64,000 bases of DNA from Candidatus Eiseniibacteriota bacterium (GTDB lineage: Bacteria; Eisenbacteria; RBG-16-71-46; CAZAMP01): positions 32,001 through 96,000 of the forward strand of contig OZ245046.1 in assembly GCA_965224245.1 (NCBI GenBank). The letters are read 5' to 3'. The first letter of the stretch is position 1. Every line of letters starts with the position of its first letter. The position numbers and the translations under genes are program-made. The notes below the pieces were generated by a model. That model made no database searches and was not told where the DNA came from. It saw only the letters and a list, made by a program, of their open reading frames with translations. Shown one piece after another: positions 9,174-19,347 of the stretch.

Positions 9174-9840
9174 CGGACCTCTCCTTTCGGAGCAAGGCCC
9201 AATGTGTGGGGGACAGGGACCTCATCGCACTGGGCTCGTTGCAAACACGACTCACGGATCGTGACTGAAAGTATGGTGCGATCCGAGAACTCCGGACTGT
9301 ACGTGGTCTCCCGTACTAGTGCGATCGCTATACCATTCGATCGCGATGTGTGGCCGACGCGGTGAAGCCGGCACGCTGGCGGGTGTGGGTTCAACCGGGC
9401 AACGTGCATCGTGTTCGCCTCGAGCCACCTGCGGGACTTGTCAACGAGCGAGTGCGCCACCCCCCGGCTCCCGCCGGCAACGATCTCAGCGCGGATCGGA
9501 CGTCGGCGGAGATCAGCCACTGCCCACCCGATCGACGAGAGTCACCCCTCGAGCAGCCGCCCGAGCCTCCGCTTGCCGTTGACCTGCATCGGCTCGAGGT
9601 GCCCAATCGGGAGGCCGTATGAGGGGATCCACGGTTGATGCCGTCGAACGGCTCGACCCATCGGGATCAAGCCTGCCCACGCCGGGACCGATAATACGGT
9701 CTGGACGAGCGGCCCGTGTCCGCGCGCGCGCGGGCGGGCCCGCCGCGCCCGGCAACCATCGACCGCGAGGAACGACCAGACCGCCGAGGTACACGACCAT
9801 GAGTACCGATCGCTGCTCGAGTGAGGACCGCACGTCCCCG

Positions 9841-10599
9841 ATGGACTATGCGCGACTCAACGAGGAAGTGCGACGCCTCCTCGACTTCAAGAGGAGCAAC
9901 GTCAAGGGTCGCAACCGGACGCCATGTCCGCAGTGCGCGACCTCCGTGGACGTCAACGCCAACAAGTGTCCGCACTGCGCCTCCGAGATCGCGGACCACA
10001 CCGAGAACGTGCGCAAGCACCTGGCCGAGCTCGATGCGATCCGGACGGAGCTGGACCAGCTGCACGTCCGGTTCATGGAGTACCGCGAGGAGGAGGCGGC
10101 CATGCAGCCGCTCCTGGAGCGGTGCCGTCGGATGTTCTCGGGTCCGCAGATGGCCACCGGCGTCAAGACCGTGCTTCCCGCGTTCGTGGTCTTCTTCGCA
10201 TTCATCACCGTGCTTCGCCTCACCGGAAACGGTCTCCTGTTCTGGGCCGGTCTGATCGGCGGCTGTGTCATCGCGTTCTCTCTCCTGAAGATGTCCGCTC
10301 ACAAGCACTACGTCACGGTCGAGCTGTACCGCTCCGTGCTGATCGTGGGCGCCATCGTGATGATGACAGGCAGCGTGGCCATCCCGATGCCCGATTGGTC
10401 CACCCTGTCGACGGATCGCGTCGAGGTCATCCGTCCGACGGCGAACATCCGCGCGTCGGCGAGCACCGAGTCCAGCATCGTGGGCACCGCGAGCCAGGGC
10501 GACAAGCTCACCGTCGTCGAGCGCCAGGGCAGCTGGATCCAGGTGAAGACCGAGAACGGGGACACCGGCTGGATCTACGCGTCGCTGGTCAAGAAGTAG
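9841..10599 (+). CDS. zinc-ribbon / transmembrane / bacterial SH3 domain protein
   Basis: CPQC-X10-CPHC, coiled coil, about 3 TM helices, C-terminal ANIRASAST..GDKLTVVERQGSWIQV..GWIYASLV. Start could be 9799. Confidence 0.8.
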   Translation: MDYARLNEEVRRLLDFKRSNVKGRNRTPCPQCATSVDVNANKCPHCASEIADHTENVRKHLAELDAIRTELDQLHVRFMEYREEEAAMQPLLERCRRMFSGPQMATGVKTVLPAFVVFFAFITVLRLTGNGLLFWAGLIGGCVIAFSLLKMSAHKHYVTVELYRSVLIVGAIVMMTGSVAIPMPDWSTLSTDRVEVIRPTANIRASASTESSIVGTASQGDKLTVVERQGSWIQVKTENGDTGWIYASLVKK

Positions 10600-10660
10600 G
10601 CGAGGTAGGCGGTGTGGCTGGGTCCTCGTGCGGCTCCGACGAGCTGATTGACCCCGAGGA

Positions 10661-13147
10661 TCATCGCTGGCGTGCGCTTCGGGAGCCGTCGTTCTCTGTC
10701 GGGACGGTGGGCGGCGTGGACGTGTCCACGTTGGAGTCGGGTCGCTCGTAGACCGTCTGTCGGATGAACATGTGGGTGATGTTGCCGGCGCCGTCCTCGC
10801 GGAAGGCAATCAGCAAGCCATCGTCTCGCTGGAACAAGAGAGGCGCGATGGCGCGCGCGGGTCCTCCGCCTATCTGTAGCTCGCGCTCCCCCGAGGCCTT
10901 GATCTCGAAGGGGCTGGCCCGCCAGTAGAACCCCTCGCGACCCCTGCAGCTGTGGCAGCGGAGGGTGTTGACCCACTCGCCCGTGAAGCGATCGATCTGC
11001 ACCGGCCCGTGGTACGGCGGATCGAGCTCCAGCTCCGTCCGGGCCGGGAAGAAACGCCGCATCAACGCACTGGTCACGGCTTCGCCGAGCCGTCCATCTT
11101 CACGGTTGTAGGCGATGAAGACGCCGAGCTTCTCGGTCGGCACCAGGAACAGCAAGGCGCTGAACCCTTCCATGCTCCCGCCATGCTGTGCGACGTCCCG
11201 GTCGTTGCGACGCTCGGTGAGGAATCCAAGGCCGTAGCCCGCCAGCCGGGGATGGTTGCTGAACTGCTGGGTCAGCATCGTCGTGCAGCTCCCGGGGCTC
11301 ACGAGGGTCGCACCGGCGAGCCTGCCCTCGTCGAGCAGCGCCAGCATCAAGCGGCTCATGTCCTCCGCGGTGCTGTTCGCGGATGAAGCCGGTGTCGTGT
11401 GATGGTACTCCCAGGCCTGCGCCTCGATCTGCTCGCCGTGTCCTGCGTAGCCGATGGCGAACGAGGCGTCGCTCGATCCGGGAAGCTGGAATCCGCTGTG
11501 TTGCATCCCGAGGCGCCGGAACACGTTCGCCTCGACGTACGACGTGTAGGCCCGCCCCGATATCTTCGCGATCAGGTAGCCGGCGAGCGTGATCCCGTAC
11601 GTATCGTAGGTAGAGATCACACCGGGCGCCTGATACGCGACGAGGTTGGTGCGAAGAAACTCCCCCAGGGGCAGCATGTCGCCCGGTGCTCCGGCATGCC
11701 TGCCGTAGCCCAGCTGGTCGAAGCCTCCGGTGTGGGTGAGAAGATGCCGGAACGTCACGGGCTCACCGGATCGACTCGGGACCACGAGTTCCGGGACGAA
11801 AGAGGCCACGGGAGTGTCGAGATCGATGCGGTTGTCCTCGAGTACCTGAACCAGCGCGATGGCGGTGATGATCTTCGTGATGGATCCGAGACGGAAGATG
11901 CTGTTTCGCGGATCCGCCGGAAGCTCCGACTCCCGATCCGCCAGCCCGAATCCGCGTAGCGAGACCACGTGCCCGTCCTTGACGACCGACACCACGACCC
12001 CCGGGATCTCCATCTCGCGCATCTCGCTCTCGATCGGCGCGAGCACGGAATCCACGCTCGTCTCATCGAGCTGCACAGAAGCGGGTGGATCCCCCGGTGA
12101 TGCAGAGGGGGCCAGAATCAACATGGCCTCGACGACCAGGCCCAGGGCAAGCAACACGATCATCCTGCGCAGCCCGACAGCCTCGCGGCGCTCGCCCGTG
12201 CGCAGGATGCGACGGATCCGGGTGGCGACATCGCGTCGTCCCCCGCCCCCGGGGAACGGGGCCCACCCAGGTGCTGTAGGCATCGGAGTGCCAACGGCGA
12301 GACAAAGGAGATGTCTGGCGTACGCGGGAGCGGATTCTCCCGCGCCGAGAACGCGGTCGTCACAGGCGTGTTCCTGATCGCTCTGCATGCACCGGAGCAG
12401 CAGCCATGCCAGGGGATGAAACCACAACAGTGCGCACATCAGGCGCGCCAGCAGCTGCGTGCTCGTGTCGTGCCGTCGCAGGTGAGTCATCTCGTGGAGA
12501 AGGGTGACCCGCACGCGCGAGCGGTTCCAGCCGAGCGCCCGCTTCGGCAGCACGATCATGGCACACGGCGGTCCCCAGGCCATGGGAGTCTCGAATCGCT
12601 TCGAGACGATGAGCCGAACCCGGCGTGCCAATCCCACGGTGCGTCTGCAGTCGTCGAACAACGTCTCGAGCCAACGCTCCGATACGCAGTGGAAGCTGCG
12701 ACGCACTCGCATGATGTCGGCGATTCCGGTCATCAGGCGCAACACCAGCAGCGCGGATCCTGCTGCCCAGATCAGAAGTAGGCCCGTCGCGAAGGCTCGC
12801 GGCGACGCGAGCGCCGCGGTCGAAGGTGGTGGAACCGCCAACGTCCGACTCTTGCCGATCGCTTCAGCCGTGTAGAAGACCGCGGAGCCGACCCGGCCCG
12901 ATCTCTCGACCTGTACCGGCATCCACTGCTCGACGTCGTGCTCACGAACCCAGGGGGTGTAGCCGGGCGAGATCGTCGACGCCATGCCCAGACCGCAGAC
13001 GAGCAGGACACCGGTGAGCATCAACGCGTGCTGCCGGGCCGCGGATTCACGGCGGAGGAGGAGTCGCGCAGCCAGGACCAGCAACAGAACGAGTGTCGCT
13101 CGCATCGCGACGTCCGCGAGCCAGGCCAGGCACGCGATGGCGTTCAA
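10661..13147 (-). CDS. BlaR1-like M56 metallopeptidase fused to a beta-lactamase-related serine hydrolase
   Basis: LLHEMTHLRRHD, WFHPLAW, EHACD (M56); FRLGSITK (SxxK), LLTHTGG, HGG (class C/AmpC-like). Confidence 0.9.
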   Translation of the reverse strand: MNAIACLAWLADVAMRATLVLLLVLAARLLLRRESAARQHALMLTGVLLVCGLGMASTISPGYTPWVREHDVEQWMPVQVERSGRVGSAVFYTAEAIGKSRTLAVPPPSTAALASPRAFATGLLLIWAAGSALLVLRLMTGIADIMRVRRSFHCVSERWLETLFDDCRRTVGLARRVRLIVSKRFETPMAWGPPCAMIVLPKRALGWNRSRVRVTLLHEMTHLRRHDTSTQLLARLMCALLWFHPLAWLLLRCMQSDQEHACDDRVLGAGESAPAYARHLLCLAVGTPMPTAPGWAPFPGGGGRRDVATRIRRILRTGERREAVGLRRMIVLLALGLVVEAMLILAPSASPGDPPASVQLDETSVDSVLAPIESEMREMEIPGVVVSVVKDGHVVSLRGFGLADRESELPADPRNSIFRLGSITKIITAIALVQVLEDNRIDLDTPVASFVPELVVPSRSGEPVTFRHLLTHTGGFDQLGYGRHAGAPGDMLPLGEFLRTNLVAYQAPGVISTYDTYGITLAGYLIAKISGRAYTSYVEANVFRRLGMQHSGFQLPGSSDASFAIGYAGHGEQIEAQAWEYHHTTPASSANSTAEDMSRLMLALLDEGRLAGATLVSPGSCTTMLTQQFSNHPRLAGYGLGFLTERRNDRDVAQHGGSMEGFSALLFLVPTEKLGVFIAYNREDGRLGEAVTSALMRRFFPARTELELDPPYHGPVQIDRFTGEWVNTLRCHSCRGREGFYWRASPFEIKASGERELQIGGGPARAIAPLLFQRDDGLLIAFREDGAGNITHMFIRQTVYERPDSNVDTSTPPTVPTENDGSRSARQR

Positions 13148-13563
13148 GGTTGGCCCCTTCTTCGACGACGTCCCGGCGTCGCCTCAGCATCAGCAATCAG
13201 CCGTCGGAGGGTTTCGACCTCTTCGTCTTCCAGCTTGCCGCGTGACAGATCTGCGAGGGCGACCATCGCTTCTGCGGCCGACCCCCTGAACAGAACGTTC
13301 ACCAGGTGACGCATTGCAGAGCGTCGTGCCTGCCGGGAAGGAACGCTGGGCCGATAGATGTATCGGCCGTGCTCACTGACGTGTGTCACAAAGCCCTTGT
13401 CCTCCAGGACGCGAAGGGCGGCACGGGCGGCCGAGTAGCTGGGGAGGTCGGGAACCTCGGCCAGCACGTCGGCCGCCGAGAGCGGGCCGCGGCGGTACAG
13501 AGCATCCAGAACCTGGCGGGCTCGTTTGCCCAGCTGCTGGAGGTCGGGTCGTCTTGGAGCCAT
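13144..13563 (-). CDS. BlaI/MecI/CopY family transcriptional repressor
   Basis: RARQVLDALY, PSYSAARAALRVLEDKG, YIYRP, LFRGS; overlaps the M56 gene by 4 nt. Confidence 0.9.
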   Translation of the reverse strand: MAPRRPDLQQLGKRARQVLDALYRRGPLSAADVLAEVPDLPSYSAARAALRVLEDKGFVTHVSEHGRYIYRPSVPSRQARRSAMRHLVNVLFRGSAAEAMVALADLSRGKLEDEEVETLRRLIADAEATPGRRRRRGQP

Positions 13564-13583
13564 CGGGGCCTCGGTTCGAAGGG

Positions 13584-13623
13584 CTGCAGGTTTTTGTGCA
13601 TCTGAATGCACAAAATAGTGCAG
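13584..13623. promoter_or_regulatory. probable BlaI-type operator
   Basis: Perfect TTTTGTGCAT-ctga-ATGCACAAAA (13592-13615) flanked symmetrically by CTGCA and TGCAG, 20-60 bp upstream of the repressor start. Confidence 0.75.
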
Positions 13624-13848
13624 GCGTGACGCGCGGGTCAAGCCTGGAATTCGGGTGACGTCGAGAGATGACCAGCTGCGCGGCCCATTCGGCAGGATCT
13701 CCTTGGCCGGGCTCGCTGAGATCACGCCGGCGGTCGGGTCTGGAGAGAGACATGCCGATTCTGCTTGAAACACGGTCGTTTTTTGTCCTAGCGTCCGGAG
13801 GTCGCGTCATGGACCTTCTTCGGCCAGGGGAATCCAGGAGTCCGTTGC

Positions 13849-14127
13849 GTGATTCCGACGCCGAACCACCACTACTCGGGGCTTCTCGTCACCTCGCTGC
13901 CCGGTCGTCTCAGTGCGTGCATCGACGCCCTGCAGGGACAGACCGGGATCACCGTCGGCATTCGCGATCCCGACCGCGATCGCATGATCGTCGTCCTCGA
14001 GGCTTCCTCCCGTGACCTCCTCGAGGAGCTGCATCAGCGGGTGCTGTCCTTTCCCGAGGTGATCACCGCCAATCCCGTGGTCCACTACGTGGACGACCTC
14101 ACTCAGGATTCCGTCTCCGGTGGCTGA
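13849..14127 (+). CDS. napD: periplasmic nitrate reductase chaperone NapD
   Basis: [26 protein letters not shown] pattern; directly upstream of napA; RBS AGGAG. Confidence 0.85.
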   Translation: MIPTPNHHYSGLLVTSLPGRLSACIDALQGQTGITVGIRDPDRDRMIVVLEASSRDLLEELHQRVLSFPEVITANPVVHYVDDLTQDSVSGG

Positions 14128-14152
14128 TGTCCCATCGGGTCGAGGAGGACCC

Positions 14153-16912
14153 ATGTTCGAGACCATGAACCGTCGCGAGTTCATCAAGGCCGGGGTGGCC
14201 GCCGCTGCCGCCGCTACCGTGGGCCTGCCGGTTCCCGAGGGATGGGCGTCCCTCGACGGCATCCGCTGGGACAAGGGGCAGTGCCGGTTCTGCGGGGTGG
14301 GCTGCGGGATACAGATCGGCGTCGAGGACGGCAAGGTCGTGGCCGTGAAGGGAGATCCCGAGTCCCCGGTAAACCGGGGGATCCTCTGCGTCAAGGGCTA
14401 CGCGAACGCCCGCATCCCCTACGGACCGGATCGGCTCACCCGTCCTCTCCTGAGGATGAAGAACGGCGTCTACGATCACGAAGGCGATTTCTTCCCCGTG
14501 ACCTGGGAACGGGCCTTCGACGAGATGGAGAAGCAGTTCAAGCGGGTCTACGCCGCGCAGGGGCCCACCGGGGTCGGGGTGATGGGTTCCGGCCAGTACA
14601 CCATCCAGGAAGGGTACGCCGCCTCCAAGCTGGTCAAGGCCGGGTGGCGCTCAAACAACCTGGATCCCAATGCACGCCACTGCATGGCCTCGGCGGTCGC
14701 GGCGTTCATACAGACCTTCGGTATCGACGAACCCGCCGGCTGCTACGACGACATCGAGCTGACGGATGCGGTGGTCCTCTGGGGATCGAACATGGCCGAG
14801 ATGCACCCCATGCTCTGGGCCCGTATCGTCGACACGCGCCTCGCCGATCCCGACTACCGCATCGTCAATCTGAGCACGTTCTCCAACAAGAGCTCGGAGA
14901 TGGCGGACCTCGAGATCATCTTCCGTCCCAACACGGATCTCGCCATCTGGAACTACATCGCACGCGAGATCGTGGCCCGGGGTGCGGTCGATCGGGACTT
15001 CGTGGACAACCACTGCGTGCTCGCGACCGGACCCGCCGACGTCGGGTACGGCATGCGCCCCACCGACGCCTTCGCATTCGACGCCGAGAAGGACACACAG
15101 GCCCGACAGACGAAGGTGCACCTGACCCGGGAGGAAGCGATCGCGCGAGGACTCGACCCCGAAGTCGAGCACGTGCGGCCCCAGGACGATGCCGGCGCCG
15201 CGGGCAAGCACTGGCTCATCGACTTCGAGACGTTCGAGCAAGCGCTAGAGCCCTACGACCTCGACTTCGTTGCCGCGCTGTCGAGGGGTGACCCCGATGA
15301 ACCCCTGGACACCTACAAGCAGAAGCTGGAAGAGCTGGCCGGGTACTATGCCGACCGTACCCGCAAGATGGTCTCCTTCTGGACGATGGGCTTCAACCAG
15401 CACACGCGCGGAACCTGGGTCAACGAGCAGGCCTACATGGTGCATCTGCTCACCGGGCGGCAGGCGAAGCCCGGGAACGGGGCCTTTTCCCTGACCGGTC
15501 AGCCCTCGGCGTGCGGGACCGCCCGCGAGGTGGGAACGTTCGCTCATCGTCTTCCCGCGGACATGGTGGTCAACAATCCGGCCCATCGAGCCCGGACCGA
15601 GGAGCTCTGGAACCTGCCTCGGGGAACGATCAATCCCAAGGTCGGAAGTCACATCACCAAGATGATGCGAGACCTGGAGGACGGGTCGCTCGGCTGGCTG
15701 TGGGTCCAGGTCACGAACCCGTTCCAGTGCACGGCGAACGCCAATCACTGGATCGAGGGCGCCCGCCAGGAAGGCCGGTTCATCGTGGTCTCGGACGTCT
15801 ACCCCACGCTGTCCACCAAGGTCGCCGATCTCATCCTTCCCTCGGCGATGATCTTCGAGAAGTGGGGCGGCTACGGAAACTCGGAGCGGCGGACGGTTCT
15901 GTGGCGCGAACAGATCGCCCCTCCCGGCGACGCCCGCAGCGATCTCTGGCAGATCATGGAGTTCTCCAAGCGGTTCACTCTCGCCGAGGTCTGGGGCCGG
16001 AAGCCGGTTCCCGGCCTCGAGGCCGATGGCTTCGATGACGGCTTTCTCCCTGATGTCCTCTCCGACGCCGAGCAGCTCGGGTATGCCCCCGACACGACCC
16101 TGTACGACGTCCTGTTCGCGAATGCGTTCACGCGGGAGTTCTCCTGGCCGGATCCGGTGGCCGGGGATCACGAGAATCACACCGTGACCCACGCCCAGAT
16201 CGACTGGTTCCCGGAGAAGGGACTCTTCGAGGAGTATGCCCGCTTCGGCCGGGGGCACGCGCACGACCTGGCCGAGTTCGACGTGTACTACCGCGACGAC
16301 GTCCGGGGGCTCCGCTGGCCGGTGGTGAACGGCGAGGAGACTCGCTGGCGCTTCAACGAGGAGTACGATCCCTACGTCGAGCCGGGCCGAGGCTTCGATT
16401 TCTACGGCAAGGCCATGAAGTCGATCCCTCGCGGCGATCTTCGTGGGGTGACCGACCCCGCTCCGGTCTCCGTGGCGGGGAAGGCGAAGATCTTCTTCCG
16501 ACCGTACGCCGCTCCGCCGGAGAGCCCGAGTGGAGAGTTCGACCTCTGGCTCGCGACCGGCCGCGTCCTCGAGCACTGGCACTCGGGGAGCATGACCCGG
16601 CGCGTACCCGAGCTCCACAAGGCAATGCCGACCGCCCAGATCTTCATGAATCCCGCTGACGCGGAGGCCAGGGGGCTCGTACGGAACGGCCTGGCCTGGA
16701 TCGAGTCCCGCCGGGGCAAGATCCAGGCACGGGTCGAGACCACGGGGCGAAACCGGCCGCCCCGCGGCCTGGTGTTCGTGCCGTGGTTCGACGAGGGCGT
16801 GTTCATCAACCGGGTCACCCTCGATGCGACCTGCCCGATCTCGAAACAGACCGACTTCAAGAAGTGCGCGGTCAAGGTCTATCCCGCCGATGAAAAGGAG
16901 GCGTCCTCGTGA
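14153..16912 (+). CDS. napA: periplasmic nitrate reductase catalytic subunit NapA
   Basis: Tat motif [16 protein letters not shown] [4Fe-4S] motif; [36 protein letters not shown]. Confidence 0.97.
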   Translation: MFETMNRREFIKAGVAAAAAATVGLPVPEGWASLDGIRWDKGQCRFCGVGCGIQIGVEDGKVVAVKGDPESPVNRGILCVKGYANARIPYGPDRLTRPLLRMKNGVYDHEGDFFPVTWERAFDEMEKQFKRVYAAQGPTGVGVMGSGQYTIQEGYAASKLVKAGWRSNNLDPNARHCMASAVAAFIQTFGIDEPAGCYDDIELTDAVVLWGSNMAEMHPMLWARIVDTRLADPDYRIVNLSTFSNKSSEMADLEIIFRPNTDLAIWNYIAREIVARGAVDRDFVDNHCVLATGPADVGYGMRPTDAFAFDAEKDTQARQTKVHLTREEAIARGLDPEVEHVRPQDDAGAAGKHWLIDFETFEQALEPYDLDFVAALSRGDPDEPLDTYKQKLEELAGYYADRTRKMVSFWTMGFNQHTRGTWVNEQAYMVHLLTGRQAKPGNGAFSLTGQPSACGTAREVGTFAHRLPADMVVNNPAHRARTEELWNLPRGTINPKVGSHITKMMRDLEDGSLGWLWVQVTNPFQCTANANHWIEGARQEGRFIVVSDVYPTLSTKVADLILPSAMIFEKWGGYGNSERRTVLWREQIAPPGDARSDLWQIMEFSKRFTLAEVWGRKPVPGLEADGFDDGFLPDVLSDAEQLGYAPDTTLYDVLFANAFTREFSWPDPVAGDHENHTVTHAQIDWFPEKGLFEEYARFGRGHAHDLAEFDVYYRDDVRGLRWPVVNGEETRWRFNEEYDPYVEPGRGFDFYGKAMKSIPRGDLRGVTDPAPVSVAGKAKIFFRPYAAPPESPSGEFDLWLATGRVLEHWHSGSMTRRVPELHKAMPTAQIFMNPADAEARGLVRNGLAWIESRRGKIQARVETTGRNRPPRGLVFVPWFDEGVFINRVTLDATCPISKQTDFKKCAVKVYPADEKEASS

Positions 16913-17382
16913 ACAGAGCATGGCTGCCCGTCGTCGGGTTCGCGCTCCTGGTGGCGCTCGGCGCCGAGGGACCGGGTACCCCGCCGACCGCCGGCTCGGA
17001 CGACGGGATCCCCGACGACGTGATCGGCCTCGTTCACCGGGACATCCGGGAGGTCCCCGTTCCCGATGCCGTTTACGACAATCTCTCCGAGCCGGCCGAG
17101 CGTCCCCTCCCGGAGCGGTGGAACGACGTCTCCCCACCGGTGATCCCGCACGGCATCGCCGACTTCCTGCCCATCACGAGTGCTGACAATGGCTGTGTCG
17201 ATTGTCACGAGACCGACGACGTGACGCCCGGGGAGCCGACTCCCATTCCCGAGAGCCACTACCGGGACCTCCGGAATGCTCCCGATACCCCAGGTGACAC
17301 CATCGCCGGGGCGCGCTACGTGTGCACGTCCTGCCACGTGCCGCAGACCGACGCGAACCCGTTGCCGATGGAGCCTCGGTGA
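16909..17382 (+). CDS. napB: diheme cytochrome c subunit NapB
   Basis: [29 protein letters not shown] overlap with napA. Confidence 0.93.
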   Translation: MNRAWLPVVGFALLVALGAEGPGTPPTAGSDDGIPDDVIGLVHRDIREVPVPDAVYDNLSEPAERPLPERWNDVSPPVIPHGIADFLPITSADNGCVDCHETDDVTPGEPTPIPESHYRDLRNAPDTPGDTIAGARYVCTSCHVPQTDANPLPMEPR

Positions 17383-17436
17383 TCCGGTCGGGTCGGCGAG
17401 GCCCTGCGTAACCGAACGGAAGTGAGGAGGTGCGTG

Positions 17437-18708
17437 ATGGAGGTGCGGCCTCGGTTGAACGATCCCGCCTTCCGGCCCCGGGCGCGAGACCTGGTCGCGC
17501 TCGTTCTGGTCCTCCTCGTACCCGCACGGGCCGGTGGAGAAGAAGCTCACCGGGAGGGACAGCTCCTGGAGGCGTTCCGAAACGGCACCGTCAGCATGAA
17601 TCTGCGATACCGGTTCGAAGCGGTCTGGGACGACGACGCCAGGTACACGGGCGGAGACGGCTTCGCCTCCACCCTGCGGACGGTGCTCGGCTACCGGACC
17701 GCGGGCTACCAGGGCTTCACCGCGTCGATCGAGTTCGAGAACGTCAGCGACATCGGACTCGGCGACGAGCACAACAACGTCGGTGGCCGGGGACTCGGCA
17801 ACGGGGTCCTCGACCGCCCTGGAATCCCCGACCCCGAGATCACGGAGGTCAACCAGGTCCACCTGCAGTACGACCGGATTCCCGGGACCGTGATCGACCT
17901 GGGGCGTCGCGAGGTGAGCCTCGCCAACCAGCGGTTCGTCGGGCCGGTCGGATGGCGACAGAACCATCAGTCCCTGGACGGGATCTCCGTGACCCAGAGC
18001 TCGATCCCGCGGACGCGCCTCGTCTACGCGTTCGTGCACAACGTGAACCGGATCTTCGGCGACAACCATCCCATGGCGGGGCATCTAGTGGACGTGACGA
18101 TCTCGGCAGACGATCGCGTGACCATCGGCCCCTACGTCTACTACCTCGACTACGTGCGGCCGGCCAACGCGGCGCTCTCCACCGCCACCGCGGGCATCCG
18201 GTGCATTGCCTCACTGTCCATCGACGAGACCTGGCGTCTCCCCGTCCATGCCGAGGCGGCCTGGCAAGCGGACGCGGCCGACAATCCCGGCTCCTACGAC
18301 GTCGCGTACTACCAGGCTTCCCTGGGGCTGGAGCGCGGAGTCGTCTCGTTCGGCGCCGGGTACGAGGTGCTCGGTGGCAAGAGTGGCGAAGGGGCGTTTG
18401 CCACGCCGCTCGCCACCCTCCACAAGTTCAACGGATGGGCGGACCGCTTCCTCACCACACCGGCCAACGGGCTCCGGGACGCGTCCGTCCGGGTCACGGT
18501 CAAGAGGAAAGGTGTGTCCGGGACCGTGGTCTTCCATACCTACCACGCGGACTCGGGAGGAGATACCTACGGCCAGGAGGTGGATGTCAGCGCCTCCTAC
18601 ACGACCCCCTGGAAGCAGACGCTGGCCGCGAAGCTGTCGAGCTACGACGCGGACACGCACTCCACCGACATCACCAAGCTCTGGCTGTACACCGGCTACG
18701 GCTTCTGA
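17437..18708 (+). CDS. alginate-export (AlgE-like) family outer-membrane porin
   Basis: LRYRFEAV, EVNQ, NQRFVGPVGWRQN, FATPLATLHKFNGWAD, C-terminal Phe. Confidence 0.8.
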   Translation: MEVRPRLNDPAFRPRARDLVALVLVLLVPARAGGEEAHREGQLLEAFRNGTVSMNLRYRFEAVWDDDARYTGGDGFASTLRTVLGYRTAGYQGFTASIEFENVSDIGLGDEHNNVGGRGLGNGVLDRPGIPDPEITEVNQVHLQYDRIPGTVIDLGRREVSLANQRFVGPVGWRQNHQSLDGISVTQSSIPRTRLVYAFVHNVNRIFGDNHPMAGHLVDVTISADDRVTIGPYVYYLDYVRPANAALSTATAGIRCIASLSIDETWRLPVHAEAAWQADAADNPGSYDVAYYQASLGLERGVVSFGAGYEVLGGKSGEGAFATPLATLHKFNGWADRFLTTPANGLRDASVRVTVKRKGVSGTVVFHTYHADSGGDTYGQEVDVSASYTTPWKQTLAAKLSSYDADTHSTDITKLWLYTGYGF

Positions 18709-18845
18709 ACGACGCCCGTGCGTCGATTCGCACCGGTCGATTGTAGAAACTCCCCACAGCTCGAGACGTCGCGCGCCCCTCATCGTGACGACGAACGCCT
18801 TGAAAACAAGAGGGTTAGGGACGTACTCGCCGCGCGACATCGTCC

Positions 18846-18860
18846 TGGCATGGCGTTTGC
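18846..18860 (+). promoter_or_regulatory. sigma-54 (-24/-12) promoter candidate
   Basis: TGGCATGGCGTTTGC closely matches TGGCAC-N5-TTGC, about 95 bp before the next start codon. Confidence 0.6.
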
Positions 18861-18953
18861 GGCTAGCAGGAGTGCGAAGCGTCGTTCGTGGGAGTCGGGA
18901 TCTGCTGAACGGGGTCATCCCCGAACGACGGCTGCTGGGAGGAGGTAAGAGAC

Positions 18954-19190
18954 GTGAAGCCATTCGTTGCAGCCGGATTGGTCCTGGTCGTCATTGGACT
19001 GGCCGGCCTCGTCTTTGGTGGGATCACTTACACCAAGAGCCGTGATGCCGTGGACCTCGGGGTGGCGGAGCTCGAGGTGGAGCAGAGAGAGACGCTGGCG
19101 ATCCACCCCGTGGCGGGAGCCCTGGTGCTCTGGGGCGGCATCGTCGTGACGGCATTCGGCATCCGGCGAGCCGGGGGAGCGCGCGGGTGA
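18954..19190 (+). CDS. small two-TM membrane protein (DUF3185-like)
   Basis: Strong RBS GGAGGAGG; GGITYTK..VDLG...P..G pattern between two hydrophobic helices. Confidence 0.8.
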   Translation: MKPFVAAGLVLVVIGLAGLVFGGITYTKSRDAVDLGVAELEVEQRETLAIHPVAGALVLWGGIVVTAFGIRRAGGARG

Positions 19191-19347
19191 GCCCTGTCGA
19201 GGGATGGGTCGATGTGAACGCCGGAGGTACCCGCGCCTGGCATCGCGATTCTCGGCCGGCGTTTCCGGAAGAATGGTGGCGGGGGGCTCCCTGGCCCGGG
19301 AGCCGCACCCGCTCGAACGTTCCACGATCAATGCCCTCACGGGCCCA

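Noticed and set aside
13624-13848. FNR box upstream of napD
   Set aside because: No TTGAT-N4-ATCAA match was found.
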